A stretch of 64,000 nt of DNA from Convolutriloba macropyga (lineage: Eukaryota). A program made the position numbers and the translations under genes. Position 1 is the stretch's first letter. Every line of letters begins with the position of its first letter. Location: NCBI RefSeq assembly GCF_964194025.1, contig NC_134469.1, forward strand, positions 64,170,001 through 64,234,000, in the 5' to 3' direction. Positions 35,866 to 47,292 of the stretch are shown one piece after another. The notes below the pieces were generated by a model, which searched no databases, was not told where the DNA came from, and saw nothing but the letters and a program-made list of their open reading frames with translations.

Positions 35866-38461
35866 TTTCTTTGTTATTGTAGAGACGCCTATTGATCCAG
35901 GGCGTTTTCAGTTCCCAATTTATTGGAGTTTTTGGCAAAAGACTGTTTCGTTGCCAATTTTAAGAAAAATATGGTATTTCACAACTTTTTTAGTTTCTGC
36001 CGTTTTCATTTTTTTTTTCAAATTAGACAGGTCTGTGAACCTAATACGGCTTATATATTGCTGCCTGAGCGTTTTACTAGGCTTGGACTTTTGAATGAAG
36101 GAAACGTTTTAATCTTTGCCTTTTTTGTATGTGCAATATCTTTCTTCAGTTTGATTTTTTTTTCATTTTTCTTGAAGTTGCATAATGGTGTAGTTATTTG
36201 GAAGATTTTATTTGACTCTTCGAGTCGTTTCAGGAATTCATGCTGTCATGTTTTTTCCTGAGTGATTATTTTTTTGCTGGGTTCAGTAAAGGACTTCAGA
36301 AAGATCAATTTTTGTTGGTGCCGGGCTATTATATTAACCTCTTAAGGTTGATACCACAGTGTTTGAAGAGCCACATTGTGCGTTTCATGTGCAAAATGAG
36401 CAATTTTTTCAACTTTTTTTTCAGAAAATCAGTTTTTGAACTGTTTTTAATTTTTCTATTCAGGCGGGAGGATGGCTGTGTGATTTTAATAAGCATCGAA
36501 CGCTAAATAATGAAATGAATTAGAAATATTTGTCCTTATTTTTCTCAATTTGATTTCTAACTTCAAAAAATACGAAGTAGTCTTTTTGTGTTTTTTGCTA
36601 TTCTAACATAGTGTCTGTATTCTCCGCATTCTGACATATCGTTCTAGCTATTTTCTCTGGCTTGCACCTTTTTTGCGCTCCTTTTGTCATTTGTTTAAAA
36701 ATTTACTGATTTAAGCCGTTTTCTTAGATTTCTCTATTTATTGCTTCGCATTTGATTTCATTTAGTATAATGCTGAGAATCTGCTGCAATTGGTTTTTAA
36801 AAGTCTTTAAAAGAAATAAAACTGACATTTTTGCTGGGAGTTTTCTTGGGTTTTATGTAATAGCATATTTTTTGCCTGTGAGTATAATTTTGCTTTGTCG
36901 TTCTAATTTATTTTGCAATATTTTGAATCTTTTTTGTCTGGAGGATATCTCCAACAAGATTAATGATTAACTTTTGTTTGAATTGCTGTGACTTATTTTG
37001 TTTGAGTTCTTGAAAACTAAATTTTTGGAATATTTCAATTCAATTTCTATGATATTTTTCTGTGTTTATTTTTGGCCATTTTTAGTTATTATTTTCGGCT
37101 TCTTTTAAGTTTTTGCTAGGGAAGGTCTGACACTTCGGGTCGCTTCCGGAATACTTCCCGCTTTGCTTTCAATCGGTGATTTCTATTTTACAGGTTGTGT
37201 TTTAGAGGAAGTCAAATGCCGCACGTGAGAGAAGTATTAAGGTCAATCTGTTGAACAAAAGTTAAAAACCGAGAAAGAGATATTTGATCGGTATTTTTAC
37301 TCATTATTCTGAGAGAAATCGAGGAAAATAGACGTGAAAAAAATTCACTTATGAAGTGATTTTTTTGAATGACACCTGAAAAAGTTACATTTAATATAAA
37401 AGACATTTAATATATATAATTTACATTTAAAAGACCCCCAAATTTAATATTTTAACGACACCTTAGTTTGTGTGAAATCTTAGTTAAAGTGTTGGATAAA
37501 TGCGTTCATTAGAATGCATGTAGAATGTCTCCAAAATTATTGTCAGCCGGCGGCTTTGGTTGATTTCTGTTACGCTGATATTGGAGGAAAATTAGCCGTG
37601 TTATTAGTAATAGCCTGATGCAGTGAGATTGCGAAAAAAACTCATGTTTTGCTCTAAAATGGCACTCCTGTCAAAGAATTGTTTGCTCATTTGGTTTATC
37701 TGTAATTTTTTTAGGGGTGTTGCTTGATCGCGATCAGTTTTTCTGGACATTTTTACTTTGTGAACTCAAATCAACAACATGACAACTGACAAAATTTTGA
37801 ATCGCGTACGCGTTCTCATGATTTAAAAAGCGCTGCAATAGATACTTTCTGCTTGGCTATTTAGAAAATTGCAACGTATGCAAAACATAGCTGTCGGGAA
37901 TGGAGAAGTTTCGCAAAGACCCGAGAACCAAAATTCCGAACAATCTTGCACCAAATTATTTGGAATATGTGGGTCAGTTGAAAAAGTCTAACTGCTGAAA
38001 GAAACATAAGCGACTAATGTCGGTCGAATTGCTTTCAATACGGCGAGTGATTTGCTTCGGTAGTAGGCTCTGAGAGAGCTGCTCGGTGACTTAATTCACT
38101 CTGAGCGCTACCTGTTAATGTTTATCCGTTTTTGAGGACGAAAAGTAAAACGGGTCAGACAAAAAATTGCTCAAGCAAAAAAGAACATTTAAAGACCACA
38201 GGACCATATAATTGCTACAAACTTTGTTTGGGAGCAATTGAAATTGTCTACTGCGAGTGTGTGAAGAGATGTAATTATAGCATCATAATACAATATATAT
38301 AATTACTTCGTCTACACTTGCTTATTCAAATTGACCACTAAAATTATTGATCGTTCGGCTAAATGGTCCGCAGCAGAATTCAGTTCTCAATAATTTTTGA
38401 GTTTGGATAAGAAAATCAGTTGAAGCTTTTTTTCTCGGAAAAATAATCCTATCCTATCTAT

Positions 38462-40770
38462 TAAACGCGTGAGCTCTTTTGGACAAAATTTTTGCATGTT
38501 TAAGGGGTCTCCCGAAGTGCATGTTTAAGAGCCGCATTGAGCAACATTATTAAGCGAACATATCGAGAGAGTTCATTGACCTAAAAGGCTCAAAGTAGAT
38601 GGGTGAGATCCGAACCGTGGACAAAAGACTGTTAGTCAGGTGCAGTTAACACGAGGCTAAGAGTGCTTGAAAGAATGCTCGCCAAGAGGGAGGATTTACT
38701 GTCCTAGTTACTTTGTATTTTTTAATTGCTCCCAAAATAAATTTGAAGTTCCTAATGTAAACGTGTGTTTTTCTGCAAAGTTTTAGCCGTACAGATTCTG
38801 CGCTATTCTAGAAAACTTAGCTGTCAACTAAGTTTTTCACGCATTACTTTTTGAATTTGGCGTGATCTCCAATGCTCTCAATCTGAAATAGGTTTATTGA
38901 TAGGATAGAAGCGATTGTGAGAAACGGTGTTAAGTAGTCGTTATAGCGCAGTTGCTAAGATTATTGATTGCTAATGTGAGGGCCGAGGGTTTGAACCCCT
39001 GTCGGGTACCTTCCTTTTTGTAGGCATGAAAATTTCTAATAAAAATCATTCCGCCTGTTGTTCGAGAGCACTTCTTGCGACGCTAAGTCGTTTTATGATC
39101 CTGTGTGTGTTATATAGAAAATGCTGATGTTATATATTAGCGCGTGAGATCTAAATTTAAACAAACTTTTTGCAAGTTTGAAGTTCTTTTTGTAAACGTG
39201 TTTTTTTGCAAAGTTTTAGCCTTACAAATTCAGCGCTGTTCTAGATCACTCTTAGCTTTCAACTAAGCTTTTAACGCTTTACTTTTTGATTTTTGCTTGA
39301 TCTCAAATGCTCCCAATCTGAATGTGTTTATTGATACAATAAAAGCGATTGTGAGAAACGGTGGCATCTAGTCGTTCTAGGGCAGTTGGTACGATGGATG
39401 ACTGCTAATCTGAGGGTCGAGTGCTCGAACCCGTGTCGGGTACCCTTTTTTGTAGACATGAAAATTTTCTATCAACATTATTCCGCCTGTTGTTCGAGAG
39501 CACTTTTTGCAACGCTGAGACGTTTTATGTTCCTGTGTGTGTTTGAAAGAAAAATGCTAATCCTGTATATTAAACGCGTGAGATCTCTTTTGGACAAAAT
39601 TTTTGCATGTTGAAGGGGTCTCTCGAAGCGCATGTTTAAGAGCCGCATTGAGCAGCATGGTTAAGCGAGCATACCGAGAGAGATCATTGACCTAAAAAGC
39701 TCAAAGTAGATGGGTGAGATCCGATCCTTGGACAAAAGACTGTTAGTCAGGTGCAGTTACCACGAGGCTAAGAGGGCTTGAATGCTTGCTAAGAGGGAGG
39801 ATTTACTGTCCTAGTTTCCTTGTGTTTTTTAATAGCTCCCGAACTAAGTTTGAAGTTCCTATTGTAACCGTGTTTTTCTGCAAAGTTTTAGCCGTACAGA
39901 TTCTGCACTATTCTAGAACATTCTTAGCTGTCAACTAATTTTTTCCCTTTTTTACTTTTTGAATTTGGCGTGATCTCCAATGCTCTCAATCTGAAATATG
40001 TTTATTGATACGTTGAAAGCGATTGTGAGAAACGTCGTTAAGTTTTCGTTATAGTGCAGTTGGTGAGATGGATGACTGCTGATCTGAAAGTCGAGGGTTC
40101 AAAACCCTGTCGGGTACCTTTTTTTTGTAGGCATCAAAATTTATAATCTACATCATTCCGCCTGTTATTCGAGAGCACTTCTTGCGACGCTGAGTCGTTT
40201 TATGTTCCTGTGTGTGTTTTTTAGAGAAATGCTGATGTTATATATTAAACGCGTGAGATCTAAGTTTGGACAAACTTTTTGCATCTTTAACCGGCATCTC
40301 GAAGTGCATGTTTAAGAGCCGCATTGAGCAACATTATTAAGCGAACATATCGAGAGAGTTCACTGACCTAAAAGGCTCAAAGTAGATGGGTGAGATCCGA
40401 ACCGTGGACAAAAGACTGTTAGTCAGATGCAGTTACCACGAGGCTAAGAGGGCTTGAAAGTATGCTCGCCAAAAGGGAGGATTTACTGTCTCGGGTACTA
40501 CGTGTTTTTTAATCGCTTCCGAACTAAGTTTGAAGTTCTTACTGTAAACGTGTGTTTTCAGCAAAATTTTAGCCCTACAGATTCTGCGCTATTCTAGAGC
40601 ACTCTTAGCTTTCAACTAATTTTTTCACGCTTTACTTTTTGCTGTTTGCGTGATCTCAGATGCTCTCAATCTGAAATATGTTCATTGGTAATATAAAAGC
40701 AATTGCGAGAAACGGTGGTTTGTAGTGGTTATAGCGCAGTTCGTTAGATGAAAGTCTGCTAATCTGAAGT
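38462..40770. repeat. Tandem array of family D-related units with divergently oriented tRNA-like cassettes
   Basis: Block order X-Y-Y-X-Y-X-Y. Y blocks (38724, ~39166, 39831, 40511) carry plus-strand tRNA-like sequences (38937, 39371, ~40044, ~40724). X blocks (38462, ~39570, ~40245) carry minus-strand tRNA-like sequences (38600-38666, 39711-39777, 40387-40453). Confidence 0.88.
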
Positions 40771-41109
40771 TTTAAGTGTTTTTCTGTTGCCATTATCTAT
40801 AAAACTGCTCTGAAACTAAGTTTTTTTTAGTAATTTCAGTCGTTTTATCTTATCATCCTTTTTATAGTAAATATCAGTCGCAATTGAGCACAATGGTCAA
40901 CAGCCCTCCTAAGGTAACATGTTTTAGGGGTCCTTAATCATGCAACGTAGCGTAATAAATGCGTTTTGAGACGCGCTTTACCATCCTTTTTAAGCTCCTA
41001 ATATGCCGATTTTGCGCTGATTAAGCTTGCAGTATAGCAAAAACAAGCAAGTCACAAACGCCATTATCCAGAAAGTTGCCGTAGAAAGAGCAAAAGACAA
41101 GTGCAATAC

Positions 41110-41185
41110 ACATAGATAGCTTAAGTTGTGAGTTCTATAGCTGTTAAACGAGAGGCATGGGTTCGAGCCTGAGTTGGTGCGGAAC
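41110..41185 (+). pseudogene. Isolated degenerate tRNA-like sequence
   Basis: TAGCTTAAGTTG...CTGTTAA...GGGTTCGAGCC followed by T runs; stems decayed. Confidence 0.45.
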
Positions 41186-42168
41186 AGAAACCTTTATTTC
41201 TTTTAAACCTTTCATTCGTGTAAATGATTTTTTGGTTATGGTTTTGCGGGCCTGCTAGTTACATTTATTTTCGAAAATGATCCAAGTGAAATAAATATTG
41301 TCGAATATTTCAGTCTCATATTCATTCCGAAAAGATTTTAAACCTCGCTTACTCGCTCTGTGAACAAACTTAACGCATCACATCTGTCGAACGTTACTGA
41401 AAAGAGCCTACCTACACAGGAAGTGACCGATGATTATGAAGCATTCGCTTACAGATAGTTAAAGCGCTAAAAATTTTGTATGCTTTTTAATGAGTAGGAC
41501 CATTAAACTGTGAGTAACAAGAGATGTATTAATAGGCATAGGCGGAAACCATCTGCAAAAACTAGTAGGGTAAGAATCCTGATATCTCTATAAAAGCAGA
41601 AGGATTACTATTTTAAAATACACTTGTCAATTGGTCTGATCCGAATCTATTTAGATGAAATATAGTTGGCCCCATTTAACGTTGAGAGAGGCATGCAAAT
41701 TTCACGGTAGCCATTCGAGGCTTTGAGGGTCTCAACATGCTGTGTACGGGAACTCTGTTTTATTGTTATGTTTTTTCATTTCGTATTTTCCTTGCGTGAT
41801 CCATGCACATTTTCAACTTTTCCTGCGTTTGTTTAAAGCTTTAACAATGCGCTAGTTGTTATTAGTAAAATTCGCGATTACTCCCCCGAAATTTCATGGT
41901 TCATAGTTTGCAGCATAAAATATATCAAATGATAAGCTATGTCACAAGGTTATATCTCGTAATTGGGGTTTTTCAATTATCTATTTCACAGCTGGACAAA
42001 TTTTTTAATGATCAGCTTTTTTTATTATTTATGTTTACTGTTACTAACCTGATACCACATACATTATTCAGTACAATAATTAAAAAGTACGTAATTGAGT
42101 TTACAACAAATGGTGTGATTGTTTTTGAAGACAACGCTAATATTATTGCATTCATGAGGGCTGAGAAG

Positions 42169-42399
42169 CTACCATTCGGTGTCTCTAAGTGCGGAGCTGA
42201 AATCCAGGATCTCTGCGCCCTCCAATTTGAGTTCCTGCTTGCAGAACATAGCGAACACTGCTAGGTCGCTCTTCATCCACTCCTTCAATTCCCGCAACAA
42301 AAACTTGTTTAACACTTTTGCAGCTTTATCCGCCACGGCATCGGAACAGTCTTTCGAGAGAGCCCACTCTTGCACGTCTTTGTCCATTTTGTCACCCAT
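42169..42399 (-). CDS. Hypothetical 76-aa protein, or first exon of an unknown gene
   Basis: ATG-initiated ORF in a GC-richer island with an amphipathic helical composition (MGDKMDKDVQEWALSK...). A possible donor TG|GTAGCT overlaps the stop. No family recognised. Confidence 0.4.
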   Translation of the reverse strand: MGDKMDKDVQEWALSKDCSDAVADKAAKVLNKFLLRELKEWMKSDLAVFAMFCKQELKLEGAEILDFSSALRDTEW

Positions 42400-42443
42400 T
42401 CGAGGTCAGGTATGAAGTTTAGGTCACTAAAAAATTAAAAATT

Positions 42444-42548
42444 GGGTCTTTCCCATTATAGCCTAGCTTAGAGGTCAGATAACATGTAGCCCCCCCCCCC
42501 AAGCATGGTAATTATACCATAATGGGGGGGCTATAATGGGGAAGACCC
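42444..42548. mobile_element. 105-bp MITE-like element
   Basis: 20-bp TIRs GGGTCTTTCCCATTATAGCC / GGCTATAATGGGGAAGACCC (19/20 complementary); A-rich flanks, TSD ambiguous. Confidence 0.65.
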
Positions 42549-43371
42549 AAAAATCAAACGAATGAACTAGACTTCAATTTGCCCTCGAACAAAGCGTAAA
42601 GCGTGTCTTTTTGTTTTTGTTATTGTTTTTTGTTATGTATTTGTCTTTATTGCGTGACTGTTAGGTTTTTAATTTTTGATCGACTTTTGCGTTTTTGACT
42701 TTAAGAGTTTTGCGTGATCTTAAGTGCTTTCTTAGTCACAATTTTGAGTAACTGAAATTAATTCACGACAGTTTACTACTAAAATCAAAGGAAATGTAAA
42801 TGTTTACCCGTTTCTCCTGTTATTTGAAATTAGTGGTATCACCCCGGCCAATCAAATTTTCACGAGGATTCCTGTATGGTTGCGGAAAATGAAAAATAGA
42901 TAATGAAACTGAAAAGCTAACCTTAATTCAGAAAATGGGAGCAATACTTGCGGTGAAGCATTGAATGGTAAAAGTGATGCGGTATGGTAGGACGCTTTTT
43001 CGCCATCTGTCGTTTACGCTTGCGTTCAGTTTCTGCAAACTGTTTCATTGCTGAGACGCAATGTGATGAAATATTTACTGAAGTAAAACTTTGCTGACGC
43101 GTTAGTAAGTTATGAATCCAAGAGCGAATCTAACCATAATAGACTAAAAATAACCACTAATTTCTGCTTCCGATTTCGTTCCATTTTTGAAATCATTATC
43201 TGTGTACATTTTGCAACCAATCCGTAAGATTATGGATAATGGTGCTACATACCACATGGATAATAATTGTATCTCGATGTAAACAGATAAATGGTTATTC
43301 TTTAGTGGGCGGTCAAATTGAAAAATAGGCACAAAACATCTAAGCAAGCGAAAAATCGAGTTGTTTCAAGT

Positions 43372-43787
43372 CGTGAAGTTTCTCTTTAATTGATAGTAGG
43401 AAAACATTTTTTCACGTGCGGCACGTGGTTTTTGCAAATATGCAATAATATGTCTTATTTAAATGTTCTTTTAAACTTATTTACCGGATTTGTTAAAAAA
43501 TGATGAGAGAAAGGCAGCATTTCAGTTTAGGACCTTCCCAAATAATAATGCCAACATTTTTGAAATTTTTGAAACGTGAAGTTTCTCTTTAATTGATAGT
43601 AGGAAAACATTTTTTCACGCGCGGCACGTGGTTTTTGCAAATATGCAATAATATGTCTTATTTAAATGTTCTTTTTAAACTTATTTACCGGATTTGTTAA
43701 AAAATGATTAGAGAAAGGCAGCATTTGCAGCATTTCAGTTTAGGACCTTCCCAAATAATAATGCCAACATTTTTGAAATTTTTTAAA
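43372..43787. repeat. ~203-bp tandem duplication
   Basis: CGTGAAGTTTCTCTTTAATTGATAGTAGG... starts at 43372 and again at 43575; copies are near-identical. Confidence 0.95.
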
Positions 43788-44266
43788 GCACCTTAGCTCT
43801 AAGGTTTTCAGCGTAAAGACATAATGTATTTATGTTCTCTTATTTCCCACTGCAATTTTTGCACCGAAATCCTTTTACCAGGGGCGTAGAATTCATGCAT
43901 TTCTTCATGCACTTTAAAAACTCAGTCTTATGCGAAGATACTCATTGTGCTAGGGATACTTGAGTACTTGATTGGGTTAGGTGGACTCCGAATTACCGTC
44001 TTGAAATATTGTAATTGGTATTTGTTCGCCTATTTTCCACAAGGACTTATAAGCTGACAAGGAGGTTCGGTAATGTACGATCGCACATAAAGTTCCAGAA
44101 AGCAAAAATGGTACTTAGAAGATAAATGAGTTATAAATAAGAACGAATTGAGAAGATGAAGAGCTGAGAGGGAGCGGGGAGGGGGGTTAGTTATCGAATT
44201 TACAGAGAGAGGAGCATCTGTTGTTTACCAAAATTACTGCACTATCGTGAAATCAACATAGAAATG

Positions 44267-46810
44267 ACAAGGAGGCTCGGTAATGTGCGATCGCACATAA
44301 GGTTCCGACCCCGCTCATCCACAATTTCGGCATAATTGTCTACCAAATGAGGAGCAGGTGGAAAACCCCAAAAATTCAAGTGTTTTTCGAAAAAAAATTG
44401 GTGTATGAACGAAAAGATAGCCTGAAAAGCAAATAACTCAGTGGAGTAAAAAATGATGCATTAGATTCATGGGATATGCCAATATGAAGAAACCGAGTCA
44501 AGACGAACAGCAAAATCAAACAACAACAACAAACACTAATTACACCAAAAATTTGTCAGTTTTAAAAAATACCGTCAGATAAAACTGAAACTAAATAAAA
44601 TAACTTGTAATTCACCAGAAAAGATATGAGACCAGTCCGTTATAAGGCTTGGTAACATTTAGCAATAAAGAACAAAAACAGTACATTAGAAAAATTGGCT
44701 TATTTTTTAAAAAAAAAACAATTAATTTCAAAGTAATGAAAAACATTAGAAATCAACTAATATATCGTATAGATATACGATTAACAGTGTTTCTAAAGAT
44801 GGAATTAAGAACTGTCGGTGTTCAATTTTTTGTAGTTACAAAAAGAACAACAAATGAACAACAAACAAAAAATCAGTGAAATTTTGCCAGAAAACGCTTT
44901 TGAAGCCGTAAAGCCATACTCTAGCCCTCAAAATATGTTCGATTGCACTTTCTTCGAAAACCGATAATGTATTATGTGACCTCTCATTAATGAATCCAGT
45001 CAACATATAGAGAAAAACGAAAAAAGGCAAAATTAAGTAATATTTGTTTTTTTTGCAAAAAATTTATTTCCAAAGACATGGAAGCCGTTAACTACAAAAT
45101 GAAATAATTAAATAGGTTCGTTTATTCTTCCAAATTGAGACCTGCAATTACCCAGAATATATCTTACGTCTACAAAAAGAACGTAAAGTATGACAAAAAT
45201 CAAAGTTTAGTATTTTGTTGTGAAAAACCCGTGTCGGAGCCAGTAAAGAACGAATTCTTTAAAAACATTTGATTTATGCCACCAATTCTTTTGACCTCTT
45301 CCCTTGACAAAAATTTTGTCATGTTTGGCCTGTAATTAACGAGACCAGGTAACAAACTGACATTAAAAGGAACAAAATTGCGAAGTTAAAGTGTTTTTTT
45401 TTGGAAAACATTTGTTTTCAAAGTCATGAAAGTCGTCAGCTATCTACTATTATCCGAATATCGGCTCATCTAGTCATCCATTAAAATCCAATAAAACCGC
45501 GTCATTTTACTGGAATTCTCATTCGACTAAAAGACAAAGTAAAAACTAAGTTGAAGACAATTAAAAAATTCAATTAAGTTCTTCGAGAAAGTATTGTCGA
45601 AGCCGTTAAACCAGAGTCTATATCCTTGAGGATTTAAATATTATCGATTGCGCCTGATTTTCAACGCCAATAATTTGATATATGAACTGTCAATAACGTG
45701 ATAATGTGACAAAACTAGACAACGTGAAAATTGGGCAATTACCTGAAAAAATGTGAATTCTAGTAGTATCAAAGCCAGAACCATAACTTACGCAATAAAA
45801 CAAGGTAGAAAACCGCAATAAAGATTTAATTTGATTTCAGTAAAGAAGAAGCTTTCTTTCGTTGCTGACACTAAGCTACAAGTTGACCAAATTAAGAGAA
45901 AAATTGAGGCAAAGTTCAATAAGCCATTATTTTCGTTAAAAATCAAACATTTTTAAAAGTCAAAACGACCATAAGCTTTCAAGTAATAAACTAAATGCAA
46001 TAGTTTGGAGCTAATTAGGAAGTTTTGATTTGTAATGTTCTCTTTTTTAATTAAGATATAATGAGATCGAATTTTTTTCATAATAAAAACCAACTGATTA
46101 CTATCCGAATTATTTTTGGATTGGAACAGTCCAATATTGGTCCAAAACTAACTCTGCTAATGCTGTTGGTCCATTAAGAACACTTAATGTTTTAAGTTTT
46201 ATAGATATAGATATTTTGTTAGTGAAATAAATGCTGCGTTTTTGATAATCAACGAGTAAAGTTAGCAAAAAATGACAAAGTTTTTTAATTACGGAGCACT
46301 CGCAACGGAATTTGAAGTAGAAATAGCCCCCTTTTGAGTCTACAAAAATTGTTTTAGTGGTGCTTGGGTGTGTACTTCCTGCAAATTTCATCAAACTGGA
46401 CTAAAGGAACTTATTTTGTGCTGTTTTTGATGAAAAAGTCTGAATTTTGAAGTATTTAGCCAGAAATTTTGACAAAAAATTAAATAAGAATAGCTGACAA
46501 TATTTTTTTGTCTTAAAAAAACAACACTTTCTTTAGCAAAATTAGCGAAAAATTTTAGTCAAAAATTTTGGAAATGTGAATAAAATCAACGGAATTCACT
46601 CTATATTCTCAAAAGTTTAAACCTCGCTAACTCCCTGTAAAAAAACGAAAATCAAAAAAATCTTTTTAATTTCATATTCTACGCTGGACAAGCTTTCTAA
46701 TGATAACATTCTCAGCTCTGTACGATGAACATATCGATCGGCCAACATTGTCTGAAGAAAAAAACCAGTTGAGTATATAGTTGCTACCTCCTCAAGAGGG
46801 GTCGGAACAA
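44267..46810 (-). mobile_element. 2.5-kb family A Helentron-like element, single-unit form (extra terminal fragment at 44057-44096)
   Basis: ACAAGGAGGCTCGGTAATGTGCGATCGCACATAAGGTTCCGACCC ... CCTCCTCAAGAGGGGTCGGAACAA; colinear with one unit of 9425-14655. Confidence 0.85.
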
Positions 46811-47292
46811 TAACTGAACTTTTGATTCACACTAATGGCTTTTTTTTCCTGTGCCCATATCTAGATGTATATCAAAATCTTGCCTCAGACACTGAAGTCT
46901 AATAACGCTTTTGTTTCTTAGATAAATCATAAGCTAGATACAGTAGATACAGGTATTTACCAAGCCTGTGCTTCATCACGACAAATTTCAAACGTCATCA
47001 TTTATGGGTTTGTGATCAGCCGGGTGCTCCCCAAGTGCGAACGTCCAAAATCATTCTGACTTTAAACTTTAATTTGAAATATCAACCGAAATTTTCAGGG
47101 ACAATGTGTAAAGTTTAAGCGAAGGGTACAATGTTCAAACATTTTCAACATCAGAATCGTCTTTTTGATGAACTAATTGAAGTTTGACGTACTGGAGCAC
47201 AGGTGTGTTAAACAATTGCCTCTAGCTCATGAATAATCTAGTGAAACAAAAATTTTATCAGACTTGGATGGCATTCCTGTATTTATAATTAA

